Source of the DNA: a virus
Taxonomy: Duplodnaviria; Caudoviricetes
Length of the DNA: 25,222 bases
Virus record (IMG/VR): IMGVR_UViG_3300048848_000236
Span: 1-25,222 of that record
Reading direction: 5' to 3' (one strand)
A program made the translations under genes and the position numbers. Under the pieces are notes generated by a model, which ran no database searches, was not told where the DNA came from, and worked only from the letters and a program-made list of their open reading frames with translations. Below are positions 1-6,893 of the stretch, one piece after another. Each line of letters opens with the position of its first letter. Within the stretch, counting starts at the first letter, position 1.

Positions 1-46
1 ATGTCGCAGGATGTTGCGCTGAAGCGCGGGAATGCGGTGGCACCGG

Positions 47-95
47 TGGGGGCATTGCCAGCCGGTTGGGGGCATTCTAGAATCTTGGGGGTGCT
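47..95 (+). repeat. TGGGGGCATT direct repeats, putative integrase arm-type binding sites
   Basis: Exact copies at 47-56 and 67-76, variant TGGGGGTGCT at 86-95 (19-20 bp period), and GGGGGCACT at 648-656 just before the integrase ATG. Confidence 0.55.
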
Positions 96-666
96 GACCG
101 ACCAGATCATTGAAGCGACATCCGCGCGGCCGAAAGCCTACAAGCTCGCCGACTCGGGCGGGCTCTACATCTACATCACGCCGACGGGGTACAAATCGTG
201 GCGGTTGAAGTACCGCACCTCGGGGCGTGAGCGTCGGCTTGTACTCGGGCCTTATCCTGTGGTCAGCATCGCCGAGGCAAGGCACATGGCCCAGGTAGCG
301 CGGGATGAGGTTAGAGCTCGCCGGGACCCTCGCGGCTGCTCGCGCGACATACCGCTGCATCCCGGTACCCTCGCCCGCCTCGAAGATATCCCGGTCAGGG
401 AAGGCGACCCTGACCGGGTCTACTTCATCCAGGCAGGATCGGGTCCAATCAAGATCGGTGTGTCGCGCAACCCGGCTGCTCGCCGCCGCGCTCTGCAACT
501 TGGCCATCCCGAGCCGCTGCGCCTGCTGGGGCAGATGGCAGGCAGCTACGCAGCGGAGCTGATCATCCAGAGGATGTTCGCAGAACAGCGCATCTCCGGT
601 GAATGGTACACTCCGAGCGACCGGCTGCTCGAGTTCATCTCGGAGAAGGGGGCACTGAGATGCTAA
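91..666 (+). CDS. Integrase arm-DNA-binding domain (DUF4102-like) fused to a GIY-YIG (T5orf172/Mug113-like) nuclease domain
   Basis: N-half (LTD..YKLADSGGLY..GYKSWRLKYR..LGPYP.VS) parallels the downstream integrase N-terminus. C-half has VYFIQ..PIKIG.S..P..R...LQ.G.P..L and GEW. GTG 91 chosen by alignment with the integrase start. Confidence 0.8.
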   Translation: MLTDQIIEATSARPKAYKLADSGGLYIYITPTGYKSWRLKYRTSGRERRLVLGPYPVVSIAEARHMAQVARDEVRARRDPRGCSRDIPLHPGTLARLEDIPVREGDPDRVYFIQAGSGPIKIGVSRNPAARRRALQLGHPEPLRLLGQMAGSYAAELIIQRMFAEQRISGEWYTPSDRLLEFISEKGALRC

Positions 667-1973
667 CCGATGCACAGGCGCGGAAGGCGAAGCCGGCCGA
701 GAAGGATTACAAGCTCGCCGATTCGGGCGGGCTCTACCTGTTCGTGACCACCAAGGGCTTCAAGTCCTGGCGCCTCAAATACCGCTTCGCCGACAAGGAG
801 AAGCGGTTGGTGTTCGGGCCCTACCCGGAGGTGTCGCTGATCGAGGCGCGGGATAGGAGGGACGAGGCTCGCCGGAAGCTGCGCGACCATATCGACCCGG
901 CGATCGAGCGTGTGAAGAGCCGGGCCGCCAGCGCGGCGCGTGCGGAGACGACGTTCGAGAAGGTCGCCCGTGCCTGGCACGAGGCGCAGACGCCGCGCTG
1001 GTCGCCTGACTATGCTGCGCTCGTCCTGCGCGCGCTGGAGCGCGACGTGCTGCCGCACTTCGGCCGGCTGCCACTGAAGGACATCGACGCACCGCTGGTG
1101 CTCTCCACCCTCCGCAAGATCGAGGGCAGGGGATCGATTGAGACGGCCAAGCGGGTACGTCAGCACGTTTCGGCCGTGTTCGTCTACGGGATCTCCGAGG
1201 GCGTCGCCGAGGCCGATCCGGCCTCTCTCGTCGGCAAGGCGCTGAAGCCCATAGGTAAGAAGGGCCGGCAGCCCTCGATCGTGGACGGGTGCCGAACGCC
1301 GGAGGAGGGGCTCAAGAAGGTTCGCCAACTGCTCGCCGACATTGAGGCATCGTCGGCCGGGCCATCGACGAAGCTCGCCTCACGCCTGCTAGCCCTAACC
1401 GCGGCACGTCCGGGTATCGTCCGGACCGCGCGCTGGGTCGAGTTCGAGGGCATCGAGTGGGACAAGCCGGATGCCCCCGCCCCGGGGGCACTCTGGCGGA
1501 TCCCCGCTGCCCGCATGAAGCAGGAGCTGGACCGGAAGGGCGAGGAGGCGTTCGAGCACATCATCCCGCTGCCGCAGCAGGCGGTCGACGTCCTACGCGC
1601 CACTCGCCGGTTGACGAGCCGGATCGAGTTGCTGTTCCCGAGCATCCGCAGCACGCACCAGCCCATGTCCGAGAACGCGATCGGCTACATGTACAACCGA
1701 ATCGGCTACCACGGCCGGCACGTCCCGCACGGCTGGCGAAGCGCCTTCAGCACGATCATGAACGAGCGGGCGCGAGAGCACGGCACCGTCGACGATCGGG
1801 CTGTCGTCGATCTTATGCTCGCGCACGTCCCGCAGGGGCTGTCCGGGTCGGAGGCGGCCTACAACCGAGCCTCCCACATGCCGCGCAGGCGAGAGCTGGC
1901 GCAGGAGTGGGCGGAGCTGATTACGGTCGGGTTGGTGCCGGCGAGCGCGCTAGTGGGTGAGAGCCGGCGATAA
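660..1973 (+). CDS. int: P4-like tyrosine integrase
   Basis: Arm domain MLTDAQARKAKPAEKDYKLADSGGL; catalytic R (TAARPG), HGWR, LAH and AAYNR. Confidence 0.97.
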   Translation: MLTDAQARKAKPAEKDYKLADSGGLYLFVTTKGFKSWRLKYRFADKEKRLVFGPYPEVSLIEARDRRDEARRKLRDHIDPAIERVKSRAASAARAETTFEKVARAWHEAQTPRWSPDYAALVLRALERDVLPHFGRLPLKDIDAPLVLSTLRKIEGRGSIETAKRVRQHVSAVFVYGISEGVAEADPASLVGKALKPIGKKGRQPSIVDGCRTPEEGLKKVRQLLADIEASSAGPSTKLASRLLALTAARPGIVRTARWVEFEGIEWDKPDAPAPGALWRIPAARMKQELDRKGEEAFEHIIPLPQQAVDVLRATRRLTSRIELLFPSIRSTHQPMSENAIGYMYNRIGYHGRHVPHGWRSAFSTIMNERAREHGTVDDRAVVDLMLAHVPQGLSGSEAAYNRASHMPRRRELAQEWAELITVGLVPASALVGESRR

Positions 1974-2145
1974 CGCAACTTCTCTTTTACGATAATAGAA
2001 ATCTCAACATAAAATAGATCTTCACCAGATCAGGATGGTGCTAAGTCTAGTGATGGTTATCAAGTAGTAACCAAAGTATTTGGTACTCCTAGCGGAACCG
2101 CCCTCCCGCATTTTTGTTGGAGCGAGTATCGGGAGGGGAAACTCG

Positions 2146-2334
2146 ATGACGTACTCTGAGCTTGTGTACTTCGAAGGCGCGCATTTTGCGCACATCGTGG
2201 CGCGCGCAGAGCATCGCCGGCTGCAGACCATCCGAAGGGACACGGCATCGGCGTACTTCAGACATCGCCCTTGCGCGATTGATGCTCGCCTCTTCCATCC
2301 CGCCAATCGACAGCTTCCCCTTCACGTAGGGTAG
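2146..2334 (+). CDS. Small hypothetical protein (62 aa)
   Basis: ATG preceded by a GGGAGGGG RBS; MTYSELVYFEG... Confidence 0.5.
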   Translation: MTYSELVYFEGAHFAHIVARAEHRRLQTIRRDTASAYFRHRPCAIDARLFHPANRQLPLHVG

Positions 2335-2458
2335 CAGCGGCACTCCTCTTCGCAATCTAGCCAGCGGCAATCGTCTACGCGTCGCTTACCAGATGGTCTG
2401 AGCCTAGCTTAACAGGTATCTGGGCATGGGCCCCGTCCGGGTTGGGCGGGGTCACACG

Positions 2459-3025
2459 ATGCACTGGAATAGATTACTGCTGTTCGCGGGCGCGCTCGTC
2501 GGGGCGACGGCAGCGCCGGCGGAGCGGATGATCGGGGCGGGCGGGGAATGCGTTCCCTTCGCCCGCAAGATGTCGGGCATAGCCATCTACGGCGATGCCT
2601 GGACCTGGTGGGGACAGGCGGCCCGTACCTACGAGCGCGGCACGAACCCTCGTATTGGAGCGGTGCTCGCGTTCAAGCCGCACGGCGCGATGACCTTGGG
2701 GCATGTGGCCGTCGTCAGCCAGTTGGTGGCACCGGGTGTGATCATGGTTACGCACGCGAACTGGTCGCGGATCGGCGGCGTTCGAGGTCAGGCAGAGCGG
2801 GACGTTACCGTCGTGGATGCGTCCGGCCGGGGCGACTGGAGCGTCGTCCGTGTCTGGTACGACGGCGAGGCAGGGCTTGGCGCCACGCGATACCCAGTTC
2901 ATGGCTTTATCTACCCACAGGCAGGCAGGCAGGCTCCGCGGGTTGAGCGGACGGCTATGCCCTCTCCCGAGCTGAGCGGATCGTCACCGGACTTCATCGG
3001 CGCGCTGATCGACGCGACCCGCTGA
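2459..3025 (+). CDS. Secreted CHAP-domain cysteine amidase/peptidase
   Basis: Signal peptide (LLLFAGALVGATAAPA), ECVPFAR catalytic Cys, GDAWTWW, GAVLAF, GHVAVV catalytic His, HANW. Confidence 0.9.
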   Translation: MHWNRLLLFAGALVGATAAPAERMIGAGGECVPFARKMSGIAIYGDAWTWWGQAARTYERGTNPRIGAVLAFKPHGAMTLGHVAVVSQLVAPGVIMVTHANWSRIGGVRGQAERDVTVVDASGRGDWSVVRVWYDGEAGLGATRYPVHGFIYPQAGRQAPRVERTAMPSPELSGSSPDFIGALIDATR

Positions 3026-3051
3026 GGCCAGCCAGCGCGGCAATCGATTTC

Positions 3052-3127
3052 CGCGGATCGGCCACCCACGGGTTGATATCGCCCGCGTACCCGACACGCA
3101 GCGCTGGCCGCGACGGAATGTTTGGGC
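3052..3127 (-). pseudogene. Frameshifted remnant of the alpA 3' end
   Basis: Reads QTFRRGQRCV//YAGDINPWVADPR versus QTVRLGERCVGWYEADINAWVADPR in alpA (4532-4729); the DNA similarity is visible directly. Confidence 0.85.
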
Positions 3128-3166
3128 AAGCCTTCTTACTCCGGTGATCAGGCGTCGTGCAGGTAG

Positions 3167-3241
3167 CGGCGGTGCGAGCTGGCGCAGGACTGGGCAGAGC
3201 TGATCACCGACGGGCTGATGCCGGGGGCTAGCCTGATTGGA
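3167..3241 (+). pseudogene. Remnant of the integrase 3' end
   Basis: Reads RRCELAQDWAELITDGLMPGASLIG versus RRRELAQEWAELITVGLVPASALVG at the end of int. Confidence 0.85.
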
Positions 3242-3311
3242 CTCGTTCACCGCTCATTGACGTAGAGCCACGGTGGTTGGAATCGCTCGGGCTCACAGGT
3301 ACTTGGGGTTC

Positions 3312-4202
3312 ATGCCTGAGAACGTCATGCTGCCTAGCCGCTTCACGATCGAGTCGCTCTACCCGTTCGTTCGCTCGATCGTCCGCGCAGACGGCTATCC
3401 GGCGAGCGACCGGTTCACGTTTGACTTCCGCTATCTAACATTCATCAACGGCCAAGGTCTTACTGTGTTCATGAACACGATGGACTGGCTGCACCACCTC
3501 GGGGTGCCGTGCTACTACGTGAACCATGACACAAACCTGTCAGACGGCCTTCGATATTTGGACTCGTGTGGGTTCTTTGAACGCTATTTGGGCGCGAAGA
3601 TTAACCCCTTTGCAACTGTGCGCTCTACCACGCTTCCATGCACCAGGGTTCCGATTGTTGATGGACATGAATGGCTGGAGTTCCGATTCGAACCCTGGAT
3701 GGCTGCGACATTGGGGGTGGATGGTCGGGCTCTCTATAGCTTGAGAGCTTGCGTGAAGGAGATTTTCAACAACATCAGAGATCATTCAACCCGCGATATC
3801 GGGTGTATCCATTTGCAGCATTACCCACGGCTACGAACGGTGAACATCACCGTGTCGGATTTCGGCCGTGGAATACCGAATACGATACGAGAGAAGTTCG
3901 GGCCCATGGCGGATGCGATAGCGATCCTGAAAGCCACCGAAGAGGGCGTGACAGCTCAGACAACACGACGAAATCGTGGAGTGGGGCTAAATTATCTCAC
4001 TGAGACGGTCGTAGCGAACGGAGGCGCCGTAACGATTTACTCATTTGGTGGTGCTCTCTTATGCACCGGTGATTCGGCTGGAAAGCCTCAGCGCCACCCT
4101 TGGGCAGGCAACGGGAGCTACCCTGGGACGTTAGTGGACATTATGCTGAAGATCGATACATTCGTTGGGGACGAGCTCGTACGGGAGAATCTAGAATGGT
4201 GA
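3312..4202 (+). CDS. STAS-like domain + GHKL/HATPase (anti-sigma-factor kinase-like) protein
   Basis: N-terminal FDF..L.FI...GL and YL...GFF; N-box EIFNNIRDHS, G1 box VSDFGRGIP, G2 box NRGVGL, GTLV; lower GC than its flanks. Confidence 0.85.
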   Translation: MPENVMLPSRFTIESLYPFVRSIVRADGYPASDRFTFDFRYLTFINGQGLTVFMNTMDWLHHLGVPCYYVNHDTNLSDGLRYLDSCGFFERYLGAKINPFATVRSTTLPCTRVPIVDGHEWLEFRFEPWMAATLGVDGRALYSLRACVKEIFNNIRDHSTRDIGCIHLQHYPRLRTVNITVSDFGRGIPNTIREKFGPMADAIAILKATEEGVTAQTTRRNRGVGLNYLTETVVANGGAVTIYSFGGALLCTGDSAGKPQRHPWAGNGSYPGTLVDIMLKIDTFVGDELVRENLEW

Positions 4203-4489
4203 TCACCGCTCTTGATCATGTCCCACACTGCTACAGCGCTGAAGATGGGGAGAAGCTGGCGTCCGTTCTTCGCCGTCAGCTTGCTTGCTCGCAACAGGTT
4301 ATCCTGTCCCTAGCGGGCGTCGCGGATGTACCTTCCTCATTCGTCAATGCCGCGTTTGTGGGCCTTCTGGACGAGTTTCCCTATCCCGTTATCCGCTCGA
4401 AGTTGAAGGTTATCGACAGCAATCCGCAGATCAACGGCATGATCCGGCGCTGCTTCGATAACGCACTGAAAATTGTCGAGGCAGCCTGA
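4196..4489 (+). CDS. STAS-like (DUF4325-type) protein
   Basis: DGEKL...VILSLAGVADVPSSFVNAAFVGL, with a candidate phosphoacceptor Ser; overlaps the kinase stop. Confidence 0.8.
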   Translation: MVITALDHVPHCYSAEDGEKLASVLRRQLACSQQVILSLAGVADVPSSFVNAAFVGLLDEFPYPVIRSKLKVIDSNPQINGMIRRCFDNALKIVEAA

Positions 4490-4531
4490 GCATCTGTTTG
4501 GGAGCAGCCGCAGCTCTTCAAGGGCTGGATC

Positions 4532-4729
4532 TCATCGCGGATCCGCCACCCACGCGTTGATATCGGCCTCGTACCAGCCGACGCAGCGCTCCCCGAGGCG
4601 AACGGTCTGAGGAAACGTGCCCGCCTCCATCTTCCGATAGATGGTCGCCCGATGCAGGTTGCCGCATCGACGGCGAACGTCCGGGAGGCGCAGGATATTG
4701 TCGTGCGCGCGAGCGACTATCGTGCTCAT
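4532..4729 (-). CDS. alpA: AlpA-family regulator / excisionase
   Basis: ILRLPDVRRRCG.L.RATIYRKM.AGTFP..VRLG.R.VGW...DI.AW; convergent with int. Confidence 0.93.
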   Translation of the reverse strand: MSTIVARAHDNILRLPDVRRRCGNLHRATIYRKMEAGTFPQTVRLGERCVGWYEADINAWVADPR

Positions 4730-5142
4730 GATCCGCATCTCCGTAGACGACCTTGAGGATCGTACGCCGGCCACCGAGCGCCCGCCCCTGACCGGATGAT
4801 TTCGCAGCTGAGCGACTTGCCGCTGGGCAGCGTGCACCAGCCGGCTGTTCGATCGCCGAGCGCGTTTCCATGCGAGACGCACTGCAGCCGCTTGTTGAGC
4901 ACCAGCGCCAGGGTGAGCGCCCGAGCCCGCTTTGGATCTCGGATGCCGCAGGGCTGATTGGACCGACAGGTGCCGTTTGCTTCCACGGCGCCGACACCCT
5001 GCACGCGGATTTTGATCCGCCGTCCGTCGTCCATGCGGCAGTAGATCGGGCCGTCAGCATCGTAGGCGCCGGTCACCTTGCAGGCGAACGGCTGTCCCGC
5101 AGGCACGACATAGGCGGCAGCGAGAATGAGCAGCCCGATCAT
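4726..5142 (-). CDS. Secreted thermonuclease (SNase-like) family protein
   Basis: Hydrophobic N-terminus; DADG, IRVQGVGA.E, RT.GWC, LSCEIIRSG.G.RW; ATGA coupling at both ends. Confidence 0.72.
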   Translation of the reverse strand: MIGLLILAAAYVVPAGQPFACKVTGAYDADGPIYCRMDDGRRIKIRVQGVGAVEANGTCRSNQPCGIRDPKRARALTLALVLNKRLQCVSHGNALGDRTAGWCTLPSGKSLSCEIIRSGAGARWPAYDPQGRLRRCGS

Positions 5143-5774
5143 AACTGCACCCAATCGCAATCACTTGCGTTCACAGCAGTGGCATGCACACCGTCAACGA
5201 TCTCCAGGACTTGCTCGTAGAGATGCTCAGCGGCGGCGCTGGCGGGAAACGAGAACGATGGCGCGAGCTTATCGGCGACGTGGAGCTTCTGCCGCCCGCC
5301 ACGAACTCTCGATCGAACTGGCGAGTGAAGCCAATGGGCACGAACGCTGAGGTAGACATCATCGATATGGCTGCGGGCATTGCCCGGCAGGAGCACCCTC
5401 ACGTGCGCCCGTAGGGTGCATTTGGGTCGGGATGCGCTGCTGCACGCAGCCTTGCGCCCTACCGCGCGGAGGAGCAGCATCCGGGCAGGCAAACCAGCGG
5501 GACAGAGCGACATGGAGAGGGAAGCCCGATCAGCCGAAGAGATTCGGCTTGAGCTCGATCGAATGGTCAGGAGCTTCGCGCTCGACGGAGAAGCAAAAGA
5601 CATCGAGTTCCAGCGGCCGACTCTGTGCTTTCGTGCCGATGGTGGCGACCACCATAATTGGGACGTGGACGTCTTCTGCTCCGAAAGCTCAGACGATATT
5701 GCCCGGCGTGCGGTGGAGGCTGTGTCTGACAAGTGGGACATGGCCGACGAGTAAGGTTCGCTTTCGTCCGTCAT
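5139..5774 (-). CDS. Putative bridge ORF (211 aa), antisense to two cargo genes
   Basis: Starts at an ATGA overlap (5771-5774) and stops at an ATGA overlap with the nuclease start (5139-5142); no recognisable domain. Confidence 0.45.
   Translation of the reverse strand: MTDESEPYSSAMSHLSDTASTARRAISSELSEQKTSTSQLWWSPPSARKHRVGRWNSMSFASPSSAKLLTIRSSSSRISSADRASLSMSLCPAGLPARMLLLRAVGRKAACSSASRPKCTLRAHVRVLLPGNARSHIDDVYLSVRAHWLHSPVRSRVRGGRQKLHVADKLAPSFSFPASAAAEHLYEQVLEIVDGVHATAVNASDCDWVQL
5184..5414 (+). CDS. Small counter-oriented hypothetical protein (76 aa)
   Basis: Protein-like amphipathic sequence; shares NWxV-x9-DI-x3-A with 5512-5754. Confidence 0.7.
   Translation: MHTVNDLQDLLVEMLSGGAGGKRERWRELIGDVELLPPATNSRSNWRVKPMGTNAEVDIIDMAAGIARQEHPHVRP
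5512..5754 (+). CDS. Small counter-oriented acidic hypothetical protein (80 aa)
   Basis: MEREARSAEEI...NWDV; possible promoter TTGCGC-17-CAGCAT at 5452-5480. Confidence 0.7.
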   Translation: MEREARSAEEIRLELDRMVRSFALDGEAKDIEFQRPTLCFRADGGDHHNWDVDVFCSESSDDIARRAVEAVSDKWDMADE

Positions 5775-6058
5775 GCCGCCTGCCGCTCCGCCGCCGGCTT
5801 GAGCTTCACGTGCCCACGCTCCTGCAAGATCAGGAACGTCGACTCCGGAAAGATCCCGAGCAGCCGACGAGCCTCTGCCTCCGCGTCTTCGAAGCTCGGG
5901 TGGCGGAAGCGCGGGGCTCCAGCGCTGCCGGGCCGGCGCATCCCTTGCCCCGCTTTGCGGTAGAGCAGCCAATTGCCGCGGAACGCCTTCGTCTCCGGCG
6001 AGAGCCCGGCAGTGGGTCGATCGTTCATCGCGCTTCCTTCCAAGAGGTTGAGGCTCAT
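5771..6058 (-). CDS. Phage hypothetical protein
   Basis: RFRHPSFEDAEAEARRL...F.IL; ATGA-coupled at 6058, with an alternative start at 6028 preceded by GGAAGGAAG. Confidence 0.75.
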   Translation of the reverse strand: MSLNLLEGSAMNDRPTAGLSPETKAFRGNWLLYRKAGQGMRRPGSAGAPRFRHPSFEDAEAEARRLLGIFPESTFLILQERGHVKLKPAAERQAA

Positions 6059-6336
6059 GCTGCAGCCATCCTGAGCGGGACGACGGTGCTGATGCGCTCG
6101 CCACCGTCGGGATCTGAGCCGGCAACGTCCGGCGCCCAGGCTCCGCAGAAGCGGCTCTCGTGCGTCTGAGGCCACTCGGCGGCGAAACGGACACCCGGCA
6201 GCGGCACCGGTGGGTTGACCTGACACGATCCTAGGTCGGGCCGCTGGGCGGCATCGCGAGTGGCGGCCGCGATTACCGGCATCTGCCGACACCACCAGGC
6301 GCAGGTCTCGCAGCGGCGGGGGCGAAGCTCGATCAT
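6055..6336 (-). CDS. Cys-rich putative metal-binding phage protein
   Basis: CETCAWW...GSCQVNPP...WP......CGAW; ATGA coupling at both ends. Confidence 0.8.
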   Translation of the reverse strand: MIELRPRRCETCAWWCRQMPVIAAATRDAAQRPDLGSCQVNPPVPLPGVRFAAEWPQTHESRFCGAWAPDVAGSDPDGGERISTVVPLRMAAA

Positions 6337-6893
6337 AGCGACACCGCCGCTGATGCTGCGAGTGCCCAGGTGCCGGCGTTCGGTTCGGCACGACGCGGCG
6401 ATCGCCTAGGACGCCGCAGCGGAGACCGGCGGAGCTCTGCCCGGCGCGACTGATCAAGCTGCTTGCGCGCCTCCCGCTCTTCCGGGGTCAAGTACCGGAC
6501 GTATTTCTCGGCGTGGCATCGGGACGTGCCCAGCGCCTCGTTGATGTCACACCACCGTACACCGGCTTTGATCATCTCGAGCGCAGCTGCACGCCGCTGC
6601 AGGAGTGTCGCTGCTCGCTCCGGCGAATGGCCGGGCATTCCGTCGGCCCTCTTGCCTTTGTCGTAGGCATCGGCGCAGCCATACTGGTGATAGCGATCCC
6701 GCCCGCACCCGCACTTGGGATGGGTTCCCGCCAGCTTCATCAGGAGCAAGAACGGCGCAGCTTCGACGCGCACGCGATCTGGGCGAAGATCGAGCAGCAG
6801 GGCGATGTCGCGGAAGCTCTCAGCGACCGGTAGTAGCTCGACCAGCATTTCGAGCTTGTCAGGCGGCAGATGCCCTGGGCGGTTCGCACTCAT
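6333..6893 (-). CDS. Hypothetical protein with a CGCGR..H...C motif and an HTH-like segment
   Basis: CGCGRDRYHQYGC; LEMIKAGVRWCDINEALG; coupled at both ends. Confidence 0.75.
   Translation of the reverse strand: MSANRPGHLPPDKLEMLVELLPVAESFRDIALLLDLRPDRVRVEAAPFLLLMKLAGTHPKCGCGRDRYHQYGCADAYDKGKRADGMPGHSPERAATLLQRRAAALEMIKAGVRWCDINEALGTSRCHAEKYVRYLTPEEREARKQLDQSRRAELRRSPLRRPRRSPRRAEPNAGTWALAASAAVSL

Noticed and set aside
1-90. ATG at position 1 as the start of the first ORF
   Set aside because: Homology to the integrase N-terminus starts at GTG 91, and the upstream part contains the repeat sites.
603-659. N-terminal extension of the integrase given in the ORF track
   Set aside because: It overlaps the GIY-YIG coding region; the canonical MLTD start is at 660.
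1974-2100. AT-rich stretch after int as a gene, tRNA or att site
   Set aside because: There are stops in all plus frames, no cloverleaf and no repeat partner in the window; probably a decayed fragment or promoter region.
2398-2413. Possible CtrA boxes (TTAAC) near the CHAP gene, and similarly near 15463 and 17322
   Set aside because: Half-sites only; the full TTAA-N7-TTAA motif is absent.
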